From an uncultured Solirubrobacterales bacterium (GTDB taxonomy: Bacteria > Actinomycetota > Thermoleophilia > Solirubrobacterales > 70-9): 64,000 bases of DNA. Below, one piece after another: positions 46,252-54,216 of this stretch (its first letter is position 1; every line of letters begins with the position of its first letter). The notes beneath the pieces were generated by a model. That model worked only from the letters and a program-made list of their open reading frames with translations, was not told the DNA's origin and ran no database searches. The stretch is from assembly GCA_963702035.1 (NCBI GenBank), contig OY969700.1, positions 2,301,915 through 2,365,914 of the forward strand, written 5' to 3'. Position numbers and translations under genes: made by a program.

Positions 46252-46294
46252 GATGGGCCTAAAACCGGAGATATAGGCGCGTTTTAGGCCCATC
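46252..46294. repeat. Perfect 14-bp-stem hairpin just after the membrane-protein stop
   Basis: GATGGGCCTAAAAC-15 nt-GTTTTAGGCCCATC. No T tract follows. Confidence 0.6.
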
Positions 46295-46300
46295 GGCGGT

Positions 46301-46642
46301 GTGGGTAACCTCATTGCGATGGACTATCCGCTCGAGAACGCGCTCTTCCAGTGGGAGGAGGGGCTGCGTGCGTTGCGAGCAATCGACGACCCACGCGAGC
46401 GCCGCCAGGCCGATCGCGTCGTCGCCGCCATCCAGGACGAGCTGCGCCGCCGCATCGGTCCCACCTTTTCCGCCGCCGAGCTGGCGGATCTGTACGGGCA
46501 GGGGATCGACTGGTGCCTCCAGATCGCAACCGACACGGCCCGGGGATCGACCGCCGACGGGCAGCTTTTGGCTGACGCCACGTTCTGGCTCTACCTGCGA
46601 GGGGCGACGGACTTCGCAGGCGGAACGCAGCTCGTCACCTAG
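46301..46642 (+). CDS. Hypothetical protein
   Basis: 113-aa ORF with a normal GC3 pattern. No family recognised. Confidence 0.5.
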   Translation: MGNLIAMDYPLENALFQWEEGLRALRAIDDPRERRQADRVVAAIQDELRRRIGPTFSAAELADLYGQGIDWCLQIATDTARGSTADGQLLADATFWLYLRGATDFAGGTQLVT

Positions 46643-46755
46643 CGCCTGTCGCGGTAGGGGTGGAACGTCTTGTACTTTTTGGTCGCCGCGATTCGCGGAC
46701 GACCACTCCGGTCACACCCAAAAAGTTAAGTGGAACCCCTGCCGCGACAGGCGCT
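46641..46755 (+). repeat. F2 long-hairpin element, copy D
   Basis: AGCGCCTGTCGCGGTAGGGGTGGAACGTCTTGTACTTTTT...AAAAAGTTAAGTGGAACCCCTGCCGCGACAGGCGCT. Overlaps TAG 46640-46642 (+) and the stop at 46755-46757 (-). Confidence 0.85.
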
Positions 46756-47369
46756 CAGTCGTCTGAATCGTCGTCGCCTGCCGGGGCGCTCTCGCCCGCG
46801 CGGCGGATGACGATCTGATCCGCGTCGATGCGGACCGTGACCTCGCGTTTGCCGGCCCAGTGCTCGGCGTAGACGGGGTTGTCCTTGACGGCGGCGTCGA
46901 GCCAGAGGCCGTAGCCGTCCCGCTCGCCATGGTCGAAGGTCGCCTCGAGGTCTTTGCGCCGGCCACGACCGCCGCGCCGGCCACGTCGCCGCCTGCGCCG
47001 GGGGCGCGCTCCACCGGTCTCTTCGTCGTCGCCATCGTCGTCGGCGGCTTTGGACGCTTTGCGGGCCGGCTTCTCCTCGTCGCCCTCGTCCTCATCCGGC
47101 TCGTCCTCGTCCTCGTCCTCGTCCTCTGCTTCCTCCTCGGCGGCCTCCTCGGCCGTCGCCGCCTCGACCTCGGCCTCGATCTCGTCGCGGAGATCGACCT
47201 CGCCGTTGCCGGCGTCCTCGCCGTCGGGGTTGAGGTCATGCTGTTTGCGGAACTCACGCAGCTCCGAGGCGGAGACTTCGAGCTGGTGGGCGATCCAGGC
47301 GTCGGTGCGACCCTGTCGCACCCAGGCGCGGATCTGGTTGAGCTGTGGCTTCAGTGAGCGTCGTGCCAT
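46755..47369 (-). CDS. Hypothetical protein: N-terminal HTH-like segment, acidic then basic low-complexity linker, conserved C-terminal domain
   Basis: LNQIRAWVRQGRTDAWIAHQLEVSASELREF, then a run of E/D residues, then RRRRRRGRRGGRGRR, then FDHGERDGYGLWLD. Confidence 0.55.
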   Translation of the reverse strand: MARRSLKPQLNQIRAWVRQGRTDAWIAHQLEVSASELREFRKQHDLNPDGEDAGNGEVDLRDEIEAEVEAATAEEAAEEEAEDEDEDEDEPDEDEGDEEKPARKASKAADDDGDDEETGGARPRRRRRRGRRGGRGRRKDLEATFDHGERDGYGLWLDAAVKDNPVYAEHWAGKREVTVRIDADQIVIRRAGESAPAGDDDSDD

Positions 47370-47413
47370 CGGCGCGCGAGTCTATTCAACCTAGAGCGGA
47401 CAGCGGCTCGCGG

Positions 47414-47653
47414 CTACGCCATCAAGAAGGACAGGGCCTCGAACATCGAGATGACCACCACGGCCACGGTCGCGGTCAGGCAGACGGCAAGCACGCTGAA
47501 GCGCACTTTGCTGTGCTGCTCGTTGCGGGTTATGCGGCGCTCCCGCGAGCGGTTGGCGGCGCGGCGGCGCAGCTGCTCGCGACGACGGCGCTCCAAGGTC
47601 GTCTCCTGCTCGAAGGCGACCTCGAACTGGTTGATGCTTTGACGCATTCTCAT
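47414..47653 (-). CDS. Small C-terminally membrane-anchored protein (hypothetical)
   Basis: MRMRQSINQFEVAFEQE...FSVLAVCLTATVAVVVISMF. Confidence 0.4.
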   Translation of the reverse strand: MRMRQSINQFEVAFEQETTLERRRREQLRRRAANRSRERRITRNEQHSKVRFSVLAVCLTATVAVVVISMFEALSFLMA

Positions 47654-47737
47654 AGAGGGCGGCCCGGGGACCGCGGGGCGGACCGTAGCAAAGGCGCACA
47701 AGCGCTTGCAGGACTCAAGTTGTGACGTTGGTCACGA

Positions 47738-48277
47738 TCAGCAAGCGCCCCAGAGGCCACGTCCGGCCCGCGAAGCGGCCAGCTCGAGGCGCCGAAAGCG
47801 CGGCGCGAAGCGGTCGTTCGGCGGGATCGTCAATGAGCGGGCAAGGCCGCGGCGGACCAGGATCGCGTTGAAGAGCTGCGCGCGCTGTGGACTTTGTACG
47901 TGCTGGGGCACGTACAAAGGTCGATTCGCGAGGTAGACGTAGGCGAGCAGCCGCCCGTAGATGTCGTGACGCTCGACGCCGAAGACCAACCGCACTCGCC
48001 TCCCGGTCAATCGCCGTTTCGTGAAATGCGAAGCACGCTCCCCAAAGCACTGCACTGGCGTATCCGGCTTGACCGTCTCAGGAGTATCGACCCCGATCAA
48101 CCGCACGTATTCGTCCTGCCCGTCAAGCCGCACGTCGATCGTGTCCCCATCCACCACCCGTGTCACCCGCACAACCGCGGACGCCGGCCCCTCTTCAAGC
48201 TTCCCCTCCCAGGGGCGCAGCACAACCACCGCCACAGCAAAGAAGAGAACGAGGCTGCCAAGCAAATTCCGAATCAC
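47738..48277 (-). CDS. Thermonuclease (staphylococcal nuclease homologue) with an N-terminal anchor
   Basis: VTRVVDGDTIDV...VRLIGVDTPE...GRLLAYVY. Confidence 0.8.
   Translation of the reverse strand: MIRNLLGSLVLFFAVAVVVLRPWEGKLEEGPASAVVRVTRVVDGDTIDVRLDGQDEYVRLIGVDTPETVKPDTPVQCFGERASHFTKRRLTGRRVRLVFGVERHDIYGRLLAYVYLANRPLYVPQHVQSPQRAQLFNAILVRRGLARSLTIPPNDRFAPRFRRLELAASRAGRGLWGAC
47892..47919. repeat. H2 perfect hairpin inside the nuclease gene
   Basis: CTTTGTACGTGC-TGGG-GCACGTACAAAG (12-bp stem). Encodes part of ..RPLYVPQHVQSP.. Confidence 0.75.
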
Positions 48278-48322
48278 GGCACATTAAGGCCGCAGCCGGG
48301 AATTCTCTCCCCCCATGGGGTT

Positions 48323-48439
48323 AAAAGCCGATCCGGTAGGGCTGAAACGTCTTGTACTTTTTCGGTGCCGGCTGCGGGCGTCAGCCCACAAGCGATCCGC
48401 CGAAAGAAGTTAAGTGAAAGCCCTACCGGATCGGCTTTT
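48323..48439 (+). repeat. F2 long-hairpin element, copy E
   Basis: AAAAGCCGATCCGGTAGGGCTGAAACGTCTTGTACTTTTTCGGTG...GAAAGAAGTTAAGTGAAAGCCCTACCGGATCGGCTTTT. Confidence 0.85.
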
Positions 48440-48468
48440 CAAGGACCGCAGGCGGTGATCAACAGCGT

Positions 48469-49389
48469 CTACGGAATACGCCGCACGTTCGACAGCAGCG
48501 TCTCCTTGATCTGCGCGATGATCTCCAGCGCCTCGTTCCACTCGCGCTGCCAGACGTTGCGGCCGAAGATCACGCCGCTGCCGCCCCCCTGCATGACCTC
48601 GCGGCAGTGATTGAGGACGACGTCGTCGTCGACCTTGGAGCCGCCGGAGAGAACGACCAGCGCCCGTCCCGCCGATGCGACGCAGTGCTGTATCGCTCCC
48701 GCCTCGTCGATCTCCATCTCGTTGTAAGGGGCGGGGGCGTCCTTGTCCTTCGCCGCGTCGATCTTCGGCATGTTGAGCTTGACCACGTCGGCGCCCATCT
48801 CCATCGCCATCCGCGCCGCGTAGTCGATCGCGTAGAAGGAGCCGGGCCCGCCCTTGGCCTCGATCGCTTCGCCGCGCGGGTAGGACCAGACGATCAGCGG
48901 CATCCCGTAGCGGTCGCAGTCTTCGCGCACGCCGCGCAGCTGGGCCAGGTCCTGGTCCTGGCGCGGCGAGCCGACGTAGAGCGTGTAGCCGACCGCGTCG
49001 GCGCCGAGCCGCACCGCGTCCTCGACGCTGGCGTTGCAGGTCGAGAAGGCCTGCGCGGAGGAGGGGATGTCGGTCTTGCCGTTGACCTTGAGGATCAGCG
49101 GCACCTGGCCGGCGTAGTCGGGGTAGTACTTGCTCGCCATGCCGATCTGGCAGGCGAGGGCCGAGTAGCCGGCCTCGGCGGCGAGCCGGAACTGGTAGTC
49201 GGGATCCTTGGAGGCGGGGTTGGGGAAGAAGTCGCGCGGCCCGTGCTCGATCCCCTGGTCGATCGGCAGCAGCATCAGGGTGCCGTTGCCCGGTCCGAAC
49301 TCGAAGAGCAGGCGGCGCAGGCGGGTCCTTTTGCCGGGCGCCAGCTCGGCCAGAAGCGATTTCTGCTCGGTCAGACTGTTCAACTCCAC
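48469..49389 (-). CDS. Class I fructose-bisphosphate aldolase (DhnA/FbaB type)
   Basis: LLPIDQGIEHGP...LILKVNGKT...ADVVKLNMP. Confidence 0.85.
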   Translation of the reverse strand: MELNSLTEQKSLLAELAPGKRTRLRRLLFEFGPGNGTLMLLPIDQGIEHGPRDFFPNPASKDPDYQFRLAAEAGYSALACQIGMASKYYPDYAGQVPLILKVNGKTDIPSSAQAFSTCNASVEDAVRLGADAVGYTLYVGSPRQDQDLAQLRGVREDCDRYGMPLIVWSYPRGEAIEAKGGPGSFYAIDYAARMAMEMGADVVKLNMPKIDAAKDKDAPAPYNEMEIDEAGAIQHCVASAGRALVVLSGGSKVDDDVVLNHCREVMQGGGSGVIFGRNVWQREWNEALEIIAQIKETLLSNVRRIP

Positions 49390-49481
49390 GCTCTATTCCT
49401 CCTTGAAGACGGTGTTCCCGCAGTATGCCACTGGCGGCGCGTGTCGAGCGGTCGTGACAGGGCAGTTATCCTCGACTGACC

Positions 49482-50252
49482 ATGAGCGAGACTGAGCTCA
49501 GCGTCATCTGCAAGAACTGCGGCTCCGAGGTCAGTCCCTATGTCACGGAGTGCCCCTATTGCGGAGCGCGGCTGCGCAAGCGGGCGCCGAAGCTGGAGCG
49601 GCGCGGCGACGGGCTAGAGGCCAAGCCGCGGCGCGGCCCGGCCAGCCGCCTCTTCAGGATCAAACTGCGCTCCCGCGCCGCGGCCGGCTCCCACCGGCCC
49701 TACGCGACGCTGGCGGCGGTCCTCGGCTCCGCCATCCTGCTCCTGGTCGAGCAGGCAAGCGGCGCCTCGCTGGCCACGCTCGGCGGCCTCACCGTGCCGC
49801 TCCACGGTCAGTGGTGGCGCTTCTTCACGGCCCCGTTCGTCTACGCCGATGTCGGCTACCTCTTCGTCGTCGCGATCGGGCTGGCGCTCTTCGGGGTCGG
49901 GATCGAGCGCCGGCTCGGCACCCCCGCGACCGCGGTGCTGCTGCTCGCCTGTGGCTCGCTGGGGATGCTGGCGGCCAGCGGCATCGCCGGCGCCCAGGGC
50001 GAAATCGTCGTCATCGCCGGCGGCAACGGGATGGCGCTGGGCGCGGTCGCGGCCTGGTTCGCGATCCGCCGCGCCGAGGCGCACCAGGCGATCGACCAGG
50101 ACTACGACCGGATCGGCGTCGTGGTCGCGGCGGCGGTGCTGCTCGCTCTGCCGATCTTCGAATCGACCGCGAATGTCTTCGCCGGGCTGGTCGGCGGTGC
50201 GGTCGGCGGCCTTGCCGGCCTCGCCGCATCCGTCGTGCGACCGTCCGAATAG
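49482..50252 (+). CDS. Rhomboid-like membrane protein with an N-terminal zinc ribbon; catalytic motifs appear degenerate
   Basis: CKNCGSEVSPYVTECPYCG, then a rhomboid-like TM core (WWRFFTAPFVYA..), but GGNGMALG in place of GxSG and NVFAGLVGG in place of the His motif. Confidence 0.65.
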   Translation: MSETELSVICKNCGSEVSPYVTECPYCGARLRKRAPKLERRGDGLEAKPRRGPASRLFRIKLRSRAAAGSHRPYATLAAVLGSAILLLVEQASGASLATLGGLTVPLHGQWWRFFTAPFVYADVGYLFVVAIGLALFGVGIERRLGTPATAVLLLACGSLGMLAASGIAGAQGEIVVIAGGNGMALGAVAAWFAIRRAEAHQAIDQDYDRIGVVVAAAVLLALPIFESTANVFAGLVGGAVGGLAGLAASVVRPSE

Positions 50253-50263
50253 GCTCACCGGCA

Positions 50264-50602
50264 ATGGCCCCCGACGATGTCGATGCCGAGCGTCTCGAAG
50301 CCGCGATCGAGCGCCTTGCCGAGGCCGACCGCTTCGCCGAGGCCGAGCTGATCGTCGCCCGCGCCGCGCCGCGGTTGCAGCGGGTGCTGGGCGCCGCCCT
50401 CGCCGAGGGCGGCTGGTTTGGCGAGTCGCACGAGAGCGAGTCGCTGAAGGCAGCCACCGTCCCCGACCCTGAGCAGCGGATCGCCGCGGTGCGGACGTTG
50501 CTGGCCGAGGAGGCGAGGATGGGAATGATGGTTGGAGTTGCCGTCGGCTGGGCACTGAAAGAAGAGATGAGCGGACCCCCGGAGACCGAAGGAGAGAGTT
50601 GA
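50264..50602 (+). CDS. Hypothetical protein (112 aa)
   Basis: ATG-initiated tail of track ORF 49550-50602. Helical, with one hydrophobic segment. Confidence 0.5.
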   Translation: MAPDDVDAERLEAAIERLAEADRFAEAELIVARAAPRLQRVLGAALAEGGWFGESHESESLKAATVPDPEQRIAAVRTLLAEEARMGMMVGVAVGWALKEEMSGPPETEGES

Positions 50603-50604
50603 AG

Positions 50605-51318
50605 ATGGAGATCAAGTTCCACGGCCATTCGTGCTTCGAGTTGAGCGAGGGGGACACGACGCTGCTGGTCGATCCGTTCCTCAAGCCCAACAACCCCGCG
50701 GCGGTGGCGACCGCTGAGGAGGTTGAGCCGACCCACATCGCCCTCAGCCACGGGCACGCCGACCATCTTGCCGATGCGGTTGCGGCCGCGAAGCGGACCG
50801 GCGCGCACTGCGTCGCGATCGTCGAGCTCGCCAACTGGCTCGAAGGGCAGGGGGTGGCGGAGGTCAGCGACCCCAATCTCGGCGGAACGGTCAGGTTCGA
50901 CTGGGGCTGGATCAAGCTGGTGCCCGCCTGGCACACCAGTACGGCACCGGGCTCCGAAGACGCTCCCTATAGCGCCGAGCACGGCGTCTCGCTCGGGACC
51001 GCGGCGGGACTGGTGATCCGGATCGGCGACGTCACGGTCTACCACTCGGGCGACACCTGCCTCTTCGGCGACATGAAGCTGATCGCCGAACGCAACCCGG
51101 TCGACGTGGCGCTGCTGCCGATCGGCGGTCACTACACGATGGACCGCCACGACGCGGTCGCCGCCGCCGAGTTCGTCGGCGCGGGCACGGTGATCCCGAT
51201 GCACTACGACACCTTCCCGCCGATCGAGACCGACAGCGCCGCTTTCAAGTCCGATGTCGAGTCGAAGACCTCCTCGCGGGTCGTATTGCTGAAGCCGGGA
51301 GAGATGCACACGGTCTGA
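50605..51318 (+). CDS. UPF0173 metallo-beta-lactamase-fold hydrolase
   Basis: MEIKFHGHSCFEL...ALSHGHADHLADA...YHSGDT. Confidence 0.85.
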   Translation: MEIKFHGHSCFELSEGDTTLLVDPFLKPNNPAAVATAEEVEPTHIALSHGHADHLADAVAAAKRTGAHCVAIVELANWLEGQGVAEVSDPNLGGTVRFDWGWIKLVPAWHTSTAPGSEDAPYSAEHGVSLGTAAGLVIRIGDVTVYHSGDTCLFGDMKLIAERNPVDVALLPIGGHYTMDRHDAVAAAEFVGAGTVIPMHYDTFPPIETDSAAFKSDVESKTSSRVVLLKPGEMHTV

Positions 51319-51327
51319 GCGAAAATA

Positions 51328-51343
51328 CTGGCTGACTGGCCAG
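51328..51343. repeat. 16-mer motif CTGGCTGACTGGCCAG, 10 nt after a stop codon
   Basis: 15/16 identical to 55840-55855. Confidence 0.6.
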
Positions 51344-51392
51344 TTCTGCGCTAGTCTCGGCTCGACCGCCGCAGCCGAGCCGAGGAGAGACG

Positions 51393-52313
51393 ATGGAGGC
51401 CAAAGAGGCAACCGGAACCCAGTCGCGAACCGACCGAGCCGACTTCCAGGCGACGGCCGATCCAGCGCTCAACGAGGCCGCCGACCGTACGGCCGACATC
51501 AAACTGCTCACCTATGAGGAGCTGTATTCGCTCTGGGAGCGCCAGCAGTGGCAGACCCAGGAGCTCGACTTCAGCCAGGACAGAGAAGACTGGGCCGCCT
51601 TCCCGGAGGAAGAACGCTTCCAGCGCATGTATGGGCTCTCCTCCTTCTTCATCGGCGAGCAGAAGGTCGCCGAGGAGCTCGGTCCGATCATGCGCGCCGC
51701 GTCGACCGAGGATCAGAAAATCTTCCTCTGCACGCAGATCGCCGACGAGGCCCGTCACGTGCGCTTCTTCGAGCGCTTCTATCGCGAGGTCGGCGTGCTC
51801 GACGCGGACGGGCTGACGGAGATGCTGGCGGAGACCTCCGAGCACCTCAACGACAACTTCGGCGTGCTCTTCGACGAGATGCTGAAAAAGCGCACCGACC
51901 GGCTCTCGGCCGAGCCCGAGGACACCGAGGCGCTGGTCGAGGCAATCACTCTCTACCACATGGTGATCGAGGGAATGCTGGCGCTCACCGGCCAGCACTT
52001 CATCATGGACTTCAACGAACGCGAGGGGACGCTGCCGGGCTTCGTCGAGGGCTTCCAGAACGTCGCCCGTGACGAGCACCGCCACGTTGCCTTCGGCTCG
52101 GTCTTCCTGCGCGAGAAGGCCCACGAGGACGATCGCTACAAGCAGGCGATCCAACGCACCCTGGAGGAGTCGCTGCCGGCCGCCCAGGGCGTTCTATCGC
52201 CGCCGTGGGCCCCGGACGACGAGGACTACGAACTGTTCGGCTTCTCGATCGCGGACACCCAGGCGTTCGCGGCGAAATGCCTGATGCGCCGGCTGAAAGT
52301 GATCGGCCTGTAG
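51393..52313 (+). CDS. Ferritin-like di-iron protein of the ribonucleotide reductase R2 / R2-like family
   Basis: Two ExxH motifs (IADEARHVRFF, ARDEHRHVAF). Confidence 0.8.
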   Translation: MEAKEATGTQSRTDRADFQATADPALNEAADRTADIKLLTYEELYSLWERQQWQTQELDFSQDREDWAAFPEEERFQRMYGLSSFFIGEQKVAEELGPIMRAASTEDQKIFLCTQIADEARHVRFFERFYREVGVLDADGLTEMLAETSEHLNDNFGVLFDEMLKKRTDRLSAEPEDTEALVEAITLYHMVIEGMLALTGQHFIMDFNEREGTLPGFVEGFQNVARDEHRHVAFGSVFLREKAHEDDRYKQAIQRTLEESLPAAQGVLSPPWAPDDEDYELFGFSIADTQAFAAKCLMRRLKVIGL

Positions 52314-52320
52314 GCGTTGG

Positions 52321-53877
52321 TCAGCCGGCTTCGGCGCTGCTGCCGGACGGCGGGGGCGTTTCGGCCGTCGGTTCGCTCGGAGGCGGTTCGCTAGGGGGAG
52401 CCGATTCGGCTGGCGGGCTTTCCGCTGCCGGCGAGCTTTCGGCCGGCGGGGCGGGCGGTGGGGTTGAGCCACCCACGGTGACGACGACGGTTTCCCCTCC
52501 GGTCGGTGCTCCGGCGGTGGCGGCTGGCGATTTCGCCCCGGTCACGTTCGGCACGGCCGTTTTCGCCTGGATGATCGTTTCGTCGGCGACTTCGGTCGTG
52601 TTGGACTGATCGGCGGCGTTGGGGCCGGGAGCTGGTTCGACTGCGCTCGGTGCGGGTTCGGCGGGGATCGCCGCGGGCTTCGGCGCCGGCGCCACGATCT
52701 CTTCGACCGGCTGCGGCTTGGGCTGCGGTGCCGCCACCTGGTGCTGCGCCAGCGAGAGCGGACCGCGGTGAACCGAAGAGATCTTGGCGGGTGCGCTGCT
52801 CTTCGGTAGCGGAGTCGTGTTGACGTTCTGGTTGACCTCGACCGCGCCGGCGGTGAGGACCGCGGCGGTGACGACGCCGGCGACGGCCTTGGTGCCGATC
52901 GCGCCTCCAACCGCGCCGAGTCCGCCTGCCGCGCCGCTGCCGCTGAGCGCCGCGCCGACGCTGCTGACGGCACCCGCTCCCGCACTGGTCGCGGCCGCGG
53001 TTGCGCTCGCCCCAGCACCTGCGCCGCTGCCGGCTGCGCCGGCGGAAGCCCCACCGGAGGCGCCGCCAAGGCCAAGCTTGGAGAGTATGAGGGTCTTGAA
53101 CGCGACCAGTGCCCCGACGGGGAACAACGCCGCCATCACCTTCTCGTTGGAGCGGACCTGGGAGCGGAAGTCGGAGCATTCGTCGCAGTCGCGCACGTGG
53201 CGGCGCACCGGGCCGGAGACCTTGCGCAGGCCCTCGGAGGCCTCGGCCAGCTCCAGCCGCACCTCGCCGCAGGTCAGCTGGCGGGCCTGGCTCGCCTCGG
53301 CGAGGGAGATCCGCGCCCGCACCAGCAAAGACTTGACCGAGGGCACGCTGGTCTCCATCGCGGCGGCGATTTCCTCGTAGGACATCGCATCCATCTCACG
53401 CAGCAACAGGGCTGACCGCTGCGTCTCGGGCAGCTTGCCGACGTCGTTGAGCAGCTGGCGGAACTCCTCGCGGTTGCTGACCTTCTCGGCGGTCGTGGCG
53501 GCCTCGACGACGGGCACCATGTCCATCGATTCCTGTGCGTCAGCGGTTGGTTTGCGCAGATGGTTGAGACTGCGGTTGCGGGCGATCCGGTAGAGCCACG
53601 GGCGCAGGTTGATCTCGCGCTCGTCGGCGAGCATCGCCCGGTAGGCGTTGACGAAGACCTCCTGGAGCACATCTTCGGCGTCCTCGGTGGAGCCGAGCAT
53701 CTGCCGGCAGAAGCCCAGCAGGCGACCCTGGTAGCGGTCGACGATGGTCTCGAAGGCCCCGGCGTTGCCGCCGCGGGCCATCGCGATCAGCTTCTCGTCC
53801 CCCTGTAGCTTGAGCAGAGGGGAGCGGCGGGCCAGAAGTCCGCGCTGACTGGCGTGGGTTAGAGCCGATGCCTCCAA
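52321..53877 (-). CDS. ECF sigma-70 factor fused in one ORF to a ZAS-type anti-sigma motif, a TM segment and a long Ala/Gly/Pro-rich extension
   Basis: Sigma2 region (DVLQEVFVNAYRA...WLYRIARN), sigma4 region (LPETQRSALLLREMDAMSYEEIA), then C-x25-HVRDCDEC (HxxxCxxC), a TM segment (MAALFPVGALVAFKTLIL) and about 270 aa of low complexity. Confidence 0.8.
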   Translation of the reverse strand: MEASALTHASQRGLLARRSPLLKLQGDEKLIAMARGGNAGAFETIVDRYQGRLLGFCRQMLGSTEDAEDVLQEVFVNAYRAMLADEREINLRPWLYRIARNRSLNHLRKPTADAQESMDMVPVVEAATTAEKVSNREEFRQLLNDVGKLPETQRSALLLREMDAMSYEEIAAAMETSVPSVKSLLVRARISLAEASQARQLTCGEVRLELAEASEGLRKVSGPVRRHVRDCDECSDFRSQVRSNEKVMAALFPVGALVAFKTLILSKLGLGGASGGASAGAAGSGAGAGASATAAATSAGAGAVSSVGAALSGSGAAGGLGAVGGAIGTKAVAGVVTAAVLTAGAVEVNQNVNTTPLPKSSAPAKISSVHRGPLSLAQHQVAAPQPKPQPVEEIVAPAPKPAAIPAEPAPSAVEPAPGPNAADQSNTTEVADETIIQAKTAVPNVTGAKSPAATAGAPTGGETVVVTVGGSTPPPAPPAESSPAAESPPAESAPPSEPPPSEPTAETPPPSGSSAEAG

Positions 53878-54015
53878 GATTCACTCTCCAGGGAAGGCGT
53901 TGCGAATGGGACTGTCTTCGTCAATAGGGACACCGTAGCAGTGAGATAGTTGCGGTCCGTACAAATCTTTACCCCGGATTTAGACGCTCGAAAACGGGCG
54001 GATACCATCGAGCTT

Positions 54016-54101
54016 GCCCGGGTGGCGAAACTGGCAAAAGCGGCGCACTTAAAATGCGCTGCCCCTTTGGGGGCTTGCGGGTTCGAGTCCCGCCCCGGGC
54101 A
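54016..54101 (+). tRNA. tRNA-Leu(UAA)
   Basis: GCCCGGG acceptor, anticodon arm GCGCA-CTTAAAA-TGCGC, long variable arm GCCCC-TTT-GGGGC, T arm GCGGG-TTCGAGT-CCCGC. The D stem is weak. Confidence 0.85.
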
Positions 54102-54111
54102 CTCCCGGCGC

Positions 54112-54186
54112 GCGGGTCCTGTCACGGGTGAGGGGGCTGTTAGCGGACTCACCCGTCCGAACACCCCCCTCACCCGTGCCACCCGC
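54112..54186 (-). repeat. R3 nested-hairpin repeat, copy 2, 10 nt after tRNA-Leu
   Basis: The reverse complement aligns with 45435-45509 over 75 bp, with compensatory stem changes. Confidence 0.8.
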
Positions 54187-54216
54187 GCGAGGAGCGTCCC
54201 TTAGGCTCCAGCTTTC

